From NCBI RefSeq assembly GCF_037042905.1, contig NC_087252.1, positions 23,686,001-23,750,000 on the forward strand: DNA of 64,000 nt, in the 5' to 3' direction. This stretch comes from Lytechinus pictus. Taxonomy: Eukaryota. Both the position numbers and the translations under genes were made by a program. The notes below the pieces were generated by a model. That model saw nothing but the letters and a program-made list of their open reading frames with translations, did not search any database and was not told the DNA's origin. Every line of letters begins with the position of its first letter. Position 1 is the first letter of the stretch. Below, piece by piece: positions 1 through 11,254 of the stretch.

Positions 1-539
1 CATAATATAATACACACTAATTTCTTCTTCCCCTGTCCTACGTTTCTCTTTCTTTCTCCATCTTTTTCTCATTTCCCTCCATTTTGCATCTGTTTTAGGG
101 GGGCACGTGTCCCATCTAGTCAGTTATGCCATCGACAATATCAATCTTTGCTTACTCCTTTGTGTTTTAAGAAGGGGAAAACATTGGTAATAAGTTTCCA
201 TTCCTGAAAATATCTGTCAAATATACTATCGCAGATTTATACAACTCTTCATGAAATATGATGGTGTTGTGACAAAGTTTAATTTTATTGTGCCACAAAC
301 TTTGTATTGTAGTCCATGCACTTTAATTAGGCTGATATTTCAAACAAGTATTATAATGATATCAGTATCATTTATATAGCGCTATTTACATAGTGTTTAT
401 AAGCGCTTTATGATTTATGCATGTACATAGTATTATTTGTCTTTAGCCAGACCAGTACAAATATTATTTCAATTTAAAAGTTGGGGGTTTGGGAGTTGTG
501 AATGCAATGACAATGTAGGGCCCTATATTCCTTGTTATA

Positions 540-1465
540 CAGTGCGTATAAAAAAAGTTTACACTTTGAAAAAGCCCTGGGAATTAAACAATATACAACA
601 TGTGGGTAATTTTTTCACATTTAATCTTGGGTTTGGGACTTTGGGTCTCATCTGTCCAATGAAAGTAAACGTTTTGACAGAATGTTTCATTTGAGCGAGC
701 ACTCTCCATTTTTGTAAAGATCGCAGAAATCTGTTTGCGCAGAATTCCTTGTTTCTATGCTGTGTCAAGTGGAAAAGGCGAAATCAAACTTACCCTGCGA
801 AGTATTTCTCATACATTTCCCTTGCACTTTTAGTCAATTGAAATAAAACGGATACACTCAAGTATTTTGTAACAATTTTGCCACCCAATTGAAATTTCAA
901 CCCTTAGTAAACACAACCTTTACCCTTTTTGTGCCAGATGGATCTGAGGACATAACTGAATCTGAACAAAAGTTTATATCAGACATCTCCAGCATTTTTC
1001 ACTAAGTTTTTATTATTTAAAGTGGGTTTACAGTTCATTTTTCATTTATTACTTGTTTCTTCACACTTTTCCCAAGCTTGACAATGATTAACAAAATGAA
1101 AATCAAGTCTAAGCCATTTCATGTGAATCACAGCTCAGTGTAAATCAAATATTGTCACGTTGGTCTGTGTGTGGGGGGAGTGGGGTGGGGCGCAATGCAC
1201 TCTTCGACGTGTTTTGGGCAAGAAAACAAGTGTAAAAAAAGTTTTAAAAAATATCTTCAAATCAATTTTACTAGCTAAATTCTACGTGTTCTTCATGATT
1301 AGGTCTACTTTTATTCGCATAATATTTCAAAGTTCTGCGCAAATTATTTTTCACTAACTTTTCAAAAGGAAATATTTTTAACAGTTAAATTGTCATTTGC
1401 TTAAATGGATCTGTACCAATGTTAAATTGTGAAAAAAAGTGTAAACTTTTTTTTGATACGCACTG
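540..1465. mobile_element. Tc1/mariner-type MITE
   Basis: TIR CAGTGCGTAT(A/C)AAAAAAAGTTTACAC at both ends; TA at 538-539 and 1466-1467; no transposase ORF. Confidence 0.8.
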
Positions 1466-2096
1466 TATACAGTGTAGATATGTTAATTTGTATGCATATC
1501 AAGACACCCGAACAGCTTAAAACATGAGTACTAGTACATGGTTTTAACAATTGATATTTATCAAGGCCCATTATTTTAACATAAACTGTACTCAACAAAA
1601 AATAATTTCCCCCTAAATCAAAATCCTGTAACTTTTGCAAGGGATAATTTTGAAAAATAATATTTCGTAGTTGGATTTCTACACCCATTATGCACATTCT
1701 GTGAAAAAATGAGATTAATTGTTAAGTCATGCATGAGCAATCAAAGATTAGATTTTAAAAGTTACCATTTTCTGAAGTCACAAGAATCGTTTGTCAGATT
1801 GAGTAAGTACAGAGTTAGGCGCAGTTTGAGTTCTGGTAATTTTGCGTTGCTTTTAATGCTCATGCTGTTTTTTTACTGTCCATTTTTTCACCATCCATAA
1901 ATAACTTGATAACATATGTACATGGTTAAGCGAGCACAATTTTTATCATAGGGATTCATGGTAGTACCCTCTATAACTTAAAGGACAAGTCCACTCCAAC
2001 ATAAAGTTGCGCCACTATGTGTTAATTGTTGTGATTCGTATGGTGTTCCATACTTTATGGTTGACTCGGTCATGGTAATAAACTACCTTCATCCTA

Positions 2097-2402
2097 ACCC
2101 AGGGAGCTCCCGCCCGCGCAGCGGCCGGCAGCCCAGGGGCTTACCGTGTATTTGACCATAGTCACCGGACTAGGGTTATGGTCTAAATATTTCTCCAAAT
2201 GAATTGTGAAAACAGAAAGTATACAATTACCACGATTATATGGATGAAGGTCTAACGAGTGGCAGTTTCCTGACATCTGGGCACAGACTGGAACCTCAAA
2301 AAAAAACGACAAGTTCTTTCCTTCTACCCCCGTCTCGATCGGCCATTTTTGTTAAAAATCGTAACAAAATGGCCGATCGAGACTGGCGGGAGCTCCCTGG
2401 GT
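2097..2402. mobile_element. Small TA-flanked MITE inside the 5' LTR
   Basis: TIR ACCCAGGGAGCTCCCGCC; TA at 2095-2096 and 2403-2404; absent from the 3' LTR; internal hairpin ~2333-2382. Confidence 0.8.
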
Positions 2403-2454
2403 TACGATCGTCCGGGTTTTCCTTTATTTATGTAATGGCGTGGTGGCACCGTCG

Positions 2455-4609
2455 CACAGTGGGCCAGAATGAGTTGAAAGTGCGCCAAAATTATATTCCG
2501 TGTTAGATTTTTATTTTAACATGTTGATTATGGGTAATTTTGGGCGTAGAATCGACTGAACATAATCTAAAGCCGATAAGACGTCACCTTGATACCAATT
2601 TTTGATTGGCTACTTAAAACCTATCTGTGAAAAGACAAATTACGCTAAACAATGTGTAGTATATACATTTTGTTTTATGTGCTACTTTAAGATTGACCAG
2701 AGTGAATGTTGGTTTATGCTTCTCACATGCCTAAAAAAGTGTGTATGAGATGCCGAAAATAATTTTATGGCAGCATCAAAATTATCATTAATTAGATTTA
2801 AAAAAAAACTTTAAAATCTGAAAAATATTAACCGTGCTTTATCAAGCTGTGTTGACTTGTGTAAAACGCAGAGTATATAACACCACGAATGTATCACTAT
2901 AAGGAGGGTTTTTGGCTTAAATTATTCTACAAGTAAATTTTAACTCTGGAAGAGTTGTGGGTATAGCCCTTATTTGCGTTAGCAACCTTTATTTTGTTTA
3001 CATTATGCCCGGAATTCATGTGATTTTCATGGAATGGAAGGGGAATCGTCCTCCGTGCAAAAGCGAACGGCAATGTACACCCATACGGTGCGCTACGATG
3101 ACTGCGCGGTATAAAAATGACCATTTTTTAACAGGTTTTTGGGGTGTTGTGTCAAGTAAAATCGGCTCTAACGTGACAACGGGCAAAAACGGGCAGCTAA
3201 ATTTGGTATCGACTTAAAGCTTAGACATCGGGAAAAATGATGCTTATATAATTTAGACGGAAATCCACGGAAATCTAAATGTTTCTAATGTAAATGCATA
3301 AAACATGGATTTTCAGCCTATTTCGAGGAATAATCATCCTATAAACCTCCTGAAAGGTGTCTTTAATCTACTTTGAACCCTCTCACACGAAAAAAGAATA
3401 TATCAGGATTATGTGGGAGCCAAAAGTCATTTTGGGCAATTTCAGATTTTTAATTTTTGTTATGCCCAGCTGAAAGACAACACTTTAAAGAATACGTTGG
3501 CAAAATATTTCATTCCGGAATTTGCATAAAGGTTGTTCATTTCCTACCTCAAATCGTAAAATGTGACATTTTGCAAAATGTCACGTATATGACAACCTAG
3601 TTGAAAAACAGGCCATTTCACATGAGGTTTTTCATGTAGGAATCTGAAATGGCTCCCACATAATCCTGATATATTCTTTTTTCGTGTGAAAGGGTTCAAA
3701 GTAGATAAAAGACATATTTCAGGAGGTTTATAGGATGATTATTCCTCGAAATAGGCTTAAAATCCATGTTTTTTGCATTTACATTAGAAACGTTTAGATT
3801 TCCGTGGATTTCCGCCTAAATTCTATAAGCATCATTTTTCCCGACGTCTAAGCTTTAAGTCGATACCAAATTTAGCTGCCCGTTTTTGCCCGTTTTCATG
3901 TTAGAGCCGATTTTACTTGACACAACACCCCAAAAACCTGTTAAAAAACGGTCATGTTTATACCGCGCAGTCGTCGTAGCGCACCGTATGGGTGTACATT
4001 GCCGTTCGCTTTTGCACAGCGAGGACGATTCCCCTTCCATTCCATGAAAATCACATGAATTCCGGGCATAATGTAAACAAAATAAAGGTCGCTAACGCAA
4101 ATAAGGGCTATACCCACAACTCTTCCAGAGATAAAACTTACTTGTAGAATAATTTCAGCCAAAAACCCTCCTCATAGTGATACATTCGTGGTGTTATAAT
4201 TTATACTCTGCGTTTTACACAAGTCAACACAGCTTGATAAAGCACGTTTAATATATTTCAGATTTTATAAATCTAATTAATGATCATTTTGATGCCATAA
4301 AATTATTTTTGGCATCTCATACACACTTTTTAGGCATGTGAGAAGCATAAACCAACATTCACTCTGGTCAATCTGACAGGAGCACATAACACAAAGTTTA
4401 TATACTACACATTGTTTAGCGTAATTTGTCTTTTCACAGATAGGTTTTAAGTAGCCAATCAAAATTTGGTATCAAGGTGACGTCACATCGGCTTTAAATT
4501 ATGTTCAGTCGATTCTACGCCCAAAATTACCCTTAATCAACATGTTAAAGTAAAAATATAACTCGAAATATATTTTTGGCGCACTTTCAACCCATTCTGG
4601 CCCACTGTG
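2455..4609. mobile_element. Transib-like non-autonomous foldback element
   Basis: Ends CACAGTG / CACTGTG; 5-bp TSD CGTCG (2450-2454, 4610-4614); inverted arms ~2455-3422 and ~3650-4609. Confidence 0.85.
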
Positions 4610-4954
4610 CGTCGGGTTCTGAACCTAGACCATTCGACTCAGTGTTATTCCAGGCACCTAGGGAACTTTATCCAATCCGTGGGACCGGGCGCTCGAATGT
4701 AACTTTTTCGTGACAATGTCAGGTTAGCTCTTTTTCTTAGGTGAATCGTAGTCCCACATACTTCTGAAGATGTATGGATTTGCATCAACGCAGCGATGCG
4801 CCATTGCCGTGACCGGGCCCATTTTTGGTGATGCGTCGAAGAGGCGGCGCGCTCCAGCCCCCCATTTTCCTGCTGTCGTGCATGGGCAGCAATTGCTTCG
4901 TACAAGTAGAGGTACGAAGTGGTTGTACCATTAATAATATGGTGAGCAAATCAG

Positions 4955-5308
4955 TTGTTGATCATTGTGAATTTGAGTGAGTCTGTTGCTGATGATAACA
5001 TTCCTTCGGTTGGGGGATTCCCCATTCCCAGGTCGAGTGTGATTGGCAGTAGTTCTTTTGTGCTATCTTACGAAAATTATAATCTATGGTTTGATGGTTT
5101 AGTGATTGCAGATGATGCATTTGTAGGTCTAGGTCTCCGAGGTGACATCCTCGTCGGTGCACCGTTCATGGAGCACAATGATGTGATGGTTAGTCCTTCC
5201 AAAGGTTCAATAACATTCGGTGACTTTGGTCTTGAGTTCATTTACCACGATTCGAATGAACACCAGCCTTTAGATCTCACACAACCACAGCATACAGACG
5301 ATAGCTAA
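4955..5308 (+). pseudogene. Degenerate retropepsin C-terminal half
   Basis: FDGLVIADD..DILVGAPFMEHNDVMVSPSKGSITFGD aligns by eye with [39 protein letters not shown] of the element at 10548-16497; no D(S/T)G motif visible. Confidence 0.65.
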
Positions 5309-5422
5309 GTACAATACAAACATGAGAGAGAGCCGGGTAGTTCAACAGTTTGTCTTCATGACAAGACCGAGAACAAGATTGAATGTGCAATTGTTGATAC
5401 ATGTACATCCAATGCATGCCTG

Positions 5423-6736
5423 GTGAGCGAAGTGTTCTCCCATTGTGACATGACGGTGAGTGAACATGAGTGTGGTGCTCCCCTCAGTATCAGTAACCAT
5501 GGTTACTATGATTTTGGATATGAGAGTGAAGGAAACACCTGTCATGAGTGTGAAGGTGACATGATAAGTGATACTGATACTGATAACATTTCACATGAAA
5601 ATGAAGGTGACACGATGGGTGATGATAACATCTCACACAAGAATAAAGATGTCACAATGAGTGATGATAACATCTTACATGAGTCTGAAGGTGACATGAT
5701 GAGTGATGATCACACCTTACATGAGAACGAAGATAACATGATGAGTGGTGATAACATCTTGCATGAGAGTGAAGGTGATACAATGAATGATGATAACATC
5801 TTACGCGAGAGTGAAGGTGACACAGTGAATGATGACATCTTACATAAGTTTGGAGGTGACACAATGAGTGATGATAACATCTTACATGAGAGTGAAGGTG
5901 TCACAGTGATTGATGACAACATCTTATATGGGAATGAAGATGACATGAGTGATAATCACATCTTACACGAGAATGAAGGTGACATGAGTGAAAGTGACAT
6001 GATATGTCATAACATCTTACTTGAGAGTGCTGGTGAAATGATAAGTGACAACATCTCTCATGAAACCATGAATGAAAGTGAGGTTGATCCATCAGTTGAT
6101 CTCAATAACATGTCTATACATGGGTACAACAATGTCAAAATCTTACAAGGTATAACTAATGACATCATACCTAACACTGAACACGATCTCTCAGACACGT
6201 ATCATGAGGTCTATTGCAAACCAAATTGTGTTGCAAGTACACTCCATGCCTATGAACTCCCTGATACAGTTATAGATGTTTACAGCAATCCTGTTGCCGT
6301 TGGTTTCTTGGCTGTTTATTGTCGGTTTGCTTGCAGGTTCCAAGAGGAACATGTAAATGTTCCAGGTCCTCCGGTCTTTATTACTGAGCACAGCTCTTTG
6401 CCTGTTAGTTCGTCATATGTCGATGGTGTTGAGCACTCTGATGTTGTGTATTTCCCTGACAGTTACTCGCAAGTCAATCTGAGAACAGATCGTTGCACGC
6501 CTAAGCGTTCGGATACTACATACGATATCGATAGGACCATAGCCGATTCGAATCGCGACAGTCGTACCAAACACGCTCCGGGTTCCGATTCGTCTCGCAG
6601 TGCCACATCATATCGCAGCCACTATGCTCGTCGCAAACGAGCATTCGAGTCGTACTGTCGTAACCATGTTGTTGATCAATACACGAACAACAGGTCTCTT
6701 CGCGGTCAACACACCAGTCGTTGCGTCGTATCATAG
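5423..6736 (+). CDS. Element-encoded acidic repeat protein (437-codon ORF, DDNILHESEGDTMS repeats), function unknown
   Basis: Open frame through ~42-bp tandem repeats (~5520-6075) whose length variants keep the frame; lies inside the LTR element. Confidence 0.45.
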   Translation: MSEVFSHCDMTVSEHECGAPLSISNHGYYDFGYESEGNTCHECEGDMISDTDTDNISHENEGDTMGDDNISHKNKDVTMSDDNILHESEGDMMSDDHTLHENEDNMMSGDNILHESEGDTMNDDNILRESEGDTVNDDILHKFGGDTMSDDNILHESEGVTVIDDNILYGNEDDMSDNHILHENEGDMSESDMICHNILLESAGEMISDNISHETMNESEVDPSVDLNNMSIHGYNNVKILQGITNDIIPNTEHDLSDTYHEVYCKPNCVASTLHAYELPDTVIDVYSNPVAVGFLAVYCRFACRFQEEHVNVPGPPVFITEHSSLPVSSSYVDGVEHSDVVYFPDSYSQVNLRTDRCTPKRSDTTYDIDRTIADSNRDSRTKHAPGSDSSRSATSYRSHYARRKRAFESYCRNHVVDQYTNNRSLRGQHTSRCVVS

Positions 6737-9700
6737 CAGCTCTAACCTCTCTGACAACAACACTGTAACCGCTTCAAGTACTTACACAGAGTACTACAGC
6801 GTTGACCGTTCGTATAGGACATTTCCAGAGGCGCATGGGCGGCATGTCTCTAACGCTACTAGGTCCGTGTCAATGTCTATAGATCGCGGTCCACACACTT
6901 CTTGTGTCGTTGAGCCCGTGTGCTCTGTTCCCGACATTCGTTACCATGACAACTATGCCACGCTTGAGCCTACGTATCCTGATGCTACTGTTCCTGCCTC
7001 AACTACAGACACCATACATGGTAACTATCGTGATCCATTTGGCCCACATCTGGAAGATGCAGATCTTCACCTTACTGGATAGCCTTCAGTTTGAGACAAT
7101 GGCAGGTCCGACTTTGTGACGGACGCTCCTTCGTTGGTTTCCCCGGTGACTAGCCACATGGTCACTCTTGATGACAGAACCAATGATTGCCATCGACAGG
7201 CCTCTTTCACTGGTCATTCTGTGCTAGACCTTAGCCTGTCTTCCTCTCCTGGTCCTTCCTGCTGTGACGCCTACCTTACCTGGAGTCTTACCCCTTGGAA
7301 CCGTGGACCCCGACCGCCCTCACTAGAAGCCGGATTGAATCCTTTGTCCGAGGGAACTCTGTTTGCCCGTCCCCAGGTCCAGATCATCTTGTACCCAGTA
7401 GACAGTCAGGAATATTCCATGATCATCGTTGGCCTCACCTTGTTGAAGAGCCCCTCCCACACATTCTACTGGACTTTGGTACTGGACTTTGACCCCACTT
7501 GATTGATGCCTATACAGGACAGCCTAAAGGACTTTTGTCATCTGGACTTTGATGATTTGAACCTTGTTTTCCACGAGTTTTAACCTTGAATTTTAACATT
7601 GAACTTTTGTTTCCCAGTTATTTTGCTTTTACATGTCTCGTTAGATATTCATTTTATTTTCAGATTTTTGGTTTATGTCTGATTGTTAATCTGTTATGGT
7701 TTGTGACCTTTAATGATGGTTGTTTGTTACATTTTTGTTGATTCATGTGGATTTGCATTACCTTGTTTGCGAGATTGATGCGTTTGTTAATAATTGGTAG
7801 GAATGAAGGATTGTGCAATGCTGATGTTTTGTTTAATGGATGCACTTGTATGTTGATTTTTTTTTTAAGTTTGTATTTTTGATAACTGTGATAACATTGT
7901 CTTTATTTATCATGTTTCTTTGACTGAGAATATTGATATGGTTGCTACATAATTTTTATTTGCCTTTATGACACTGCCTATGTAATGCACTTGCATTTAT
8001 GACAGGACTTTCATGATGCTATATCTGTGTTGACGGTACCTGATATTTTCACTTTGTTCTATTTAGATAGTCTTTTACATGTTTTATAGCATGGTGCCCT
8101 CTATGCAGAGTGTAGTGATTAATTTTGTTTAAGCACAGTTAGTATCATAATAGCGATTTTTTTTCTCTTGTCAATTCACTGAAATCAGCATAGTTATTTT
8201 TTTACTGGTTAATGATGCTTATTTCCTATCTTACTTTGTGTTCCCTTTTCGACATATGCATCTGTCTGTCTTAGATTTTTTCTTTTTATTGTTTTAAGTG
8301 AATACATATTTGATCATATGGTAATTGATTATCATATGTTTGTATGTCTTGCTGCGGGCTTTTTTTTTTATTCATGTATGTACTACATAACTTGTATAGA
8401 GTGTACGGATTTCTTCTTTTGAGGAAGATAGAAAGGTGACTTGTGTATTTTGATTGTTTAGTAGCTTATACATGTATTTATCTTGTGTTTGATATCTAGG
8501 CCTGTATGCATTTTGTTTAACTAATAATATGCTTCTTGATATTGTTTGTGTACCATTTTGGGGCATTAATAATTAACTGTAATCTTATACCAACTTGGCG
8601 GATTGGTTTATGTAATAGGTTAGGCATAGTTAAGTTGTGAACTAAAAACAGTTTAAGTTGTATAATCTATAAATTGAGTATAAGTTATATAATTTAGGTG
8701 TGTTACCGAATATTGCCTATCAATGTGCATCTTAGGTTGTTATTTGAAAGACATTTATTTATGCCAAGAAGCTATTCAATTAGCAGTTGTCTTAATTACT
8801 TTTTAAAGATTGTAGTCAGTACAGTTGGTACTTGCAGAAGGAAAGGAAAATTGAAATGGTTGCTCAGTTTGTTTCAGTTACGGAGTAAATGTATATATTG
8901 TAATTTAGGTGTAGAGTTGTATTAAGTTTTATTTCAATAGTTGGCTGTCAGTTTTTCGGTTGTATAAGTTTCTGGATTTGCTTATATAAAATGTATGTCC
9001 TCTCAAATAATCACGGGAAGGAAAAAAAGTGGTCACGCCACTATGTGTTAATTGTTGTAATTCGTATGGCGTTCCATACTTTATGGTTGACTCGGTCATG
9101 GTAATAAACTACCTTCACCCCTTTCCTGAGATCGTCCGGGTTTTCCTTTATTTATGTAATGGCGTTGATTTGAATAAAAAGAGAAAATCCGACAAGCATA
9201 ACACTGAAAATTTCATCAAAATCGGATGTGAAATAAGAAAGTTATGACATTTCAAAGTTTCGCTTAATTTCACAAAACAGTTATATGCACATCCTGTTCT
9301 GTATGCAAATGAGGAGACTGATGACGTCATCCACTCACTACTTCTTTTGTATTTTATTATATGAAATATTCGAATTTTCTCCACATTGTCAAGTGAAACA
9401 ATGATTAGTTCCTCCCTGAACATGTGGAATTAGCATTGTTTAATACACTATAGGGTTCAGTCAAGTTGGTCCTTTTTGTCTAATTTGTAAAAAAATGAAA
9501 TATTTTATAATTCGAACAATAAAAAACAAAAGAAATAGTGAGTGAGGGACACCGTCGACTATCTCATTTGCATGTCACTCAGTTGTGCATATCACTCTTT
9601 TGTGAAAAATGATCGAAACTTTAAAACGTCATAACTTTCTTATTTTACATCCGATTTTGATGAAATTTTCAATGTTATGCTAGTTTGATTTTCCTCTTTT

Positions 9701-10143
9701 TATTCAAATAAACATTTTTCTTGGATGGACTTGACCTTTAAAACATGCATTTAATTGGAAAATGTTTGTGGTTCCTCTCCCACTATTTCTCTGCCCCCCT
9801 CCTATTTCTTGCCTCCTCCCTCCCCATTTTCAAATTCTGGATCCACTGATTTGTCCATACTTAAAACTCATCCTGTGAAATTGTTAGGAAAAGAATGCAT
9901 TTATGCTATATAAAGAGTATTCCTTCTTAACCTGTCAAGTGTGCTAGCTCAACTTTGAAGGTGTAAAATGTTCGGATAGTACATGTCGTAATAAAATGAT
10001 GGAAGATAAAAAAAACAACAGCAATAACTCACATTTGAAACAGAATTTGCCCCATTATTCATTTTATAACCCCTTAAAATTAGTCTGTGACTTAGGAAAT
10101 GCCATTTTCCCATTTGATCCGTGCTCACTCATCCATAAATAAA

Positions 10144-10400
10144 TGTGGTCCAGTGGTTAGAGCATTGGACTCATAATCGCAAGGTTGTGAGTTCGAATCC
10201 CAACTCTGCCATTGTCTCCACTTTGATAAAAAGGCCCAAGAGTGATATCTGTCGTCTATTACGTCAGCCACTATGACTGATTAATCTAGACGTAAAATGT
10301 TTCCAAGGTAATTGGTTATATACCAGCTTGGCGTTTACCAGCAAAATGCTGTCCTGCCGAGTTCCTACGGGAGTTACCACAAACAGAAACAGAAACAGAA
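10144..10400 (+). mobile_element. tRNA-derived SINE
   Basis: A-box GTGGTCCAGTGG, B-box GTTCGAATC, CAT-anticodon-like loop, unrelated body and (CAGAAA)n tail. Confidence 0.65.
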
Positions 10401-11254
10401 AATAAATTTGATATTTGCTCAGAATTCCCCCCCCCCCCCATAGAATGATTAACATTACTGCCAAACGATATTGCTAAAGACAATTTTGAAAAAAGACTTC
10501 CATCATATTAAATAAGAGGTAACTTTTCCTTAAACATAAGCACCCATCGACAATAAAGAGGAATCGGAAGCAACTTTGTAGTTGTGATCAATACTTTATT
10601 TCACCGTAATCAAGTCAAGAGTCGGACGAACGAGTAGCCGCATAACTGACGCAGATGGCGCTATACCAAGATACAAATCAACTGGCGTAATCACTTTTTC
10701 CTTATGTAAATGAAAAGAATTTTGCAAAGATCCAAAGCGAAAAACTTTGTAAAAGTATTGTCATATTATAAAGGTGTAAACTCGCAAACAACTGCAAAGC
10801 AAATGCGCAAACATTAACGCGAAGACATACCCACTAATGGGACTTCAAACAAAACCCAAAATAATAACCAAAAAAATTAAATGCGCAGCATAATTTATCA
10901 CAAGCGCAAAAATGCGCAGCAATTGGTAAAAGGCGAACTAGCTGGAGTAAGAAGAGGTATTCGTTTGGTAAGGTGTGGATCCTGAAAGCAATAAACTATC
11001 AAATTAGAATCAAAACATTTAAATCGAGCTGGCTTGTTGTTTTTGTCTGTTTGTTCGCCGAAAAAAAACTAGACGCATTAAGGAACCCATTAGCACACAT
11101 AGATACACTCATAAAGGTAAAGCGTACGAAAATGCATTAAAAAAACAAAAGATATACATGAAAAAACAGTGTCCATCAGCGAGAGTCCATCAGTAAAGGG
11201 CAAGCTGGACAAGGCACAGGCAATGGGGGGGGGGGGCATAAATGCAGGCCAAAG

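Larger units (their letters stand above)
2010..9164 (+). mobile_element. Non-autonomous LTR retroelement with CG..CG LTR termini (Troyka-like)
   Basis: LTRs 2010-2440 (MITE-interrupted) and 9036-9164 start CGCCA and end TGGCG; 3-bp TSD TTG (2007-2009, 9165-9167); PBS TGGTGGCAC.. at 2441; PPT GGGAAGGAAAAAAAGTGGTCA before the 3' LTR; no RT/IN. Confidence 0.9.
1982..9737. mobile_element. Kolobok-type MITE (~600 bp) split by an LTR element inserted at 2010-9164
   Basis: TTAA at 1978-1981 and 9738-9741; ends AGGACAAGTCCA / TGGACTTGACCT; removing the insert rejoins ...AAAGTTG|ATTTGAAT..., matching the intact copy at 28938-29531. Confidence 0.85.

Noticed and set aside
2927..4162. Mirror-image ORF pairs on both strands
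   Set aside because: Consequence of the foldback arms; no transposase motifs
10144..10215. tRNA-Met-like gene
   Set aside because: No complete acceptor stem; it continues into a SINE body and tail. The same applies at 22674 and 61137
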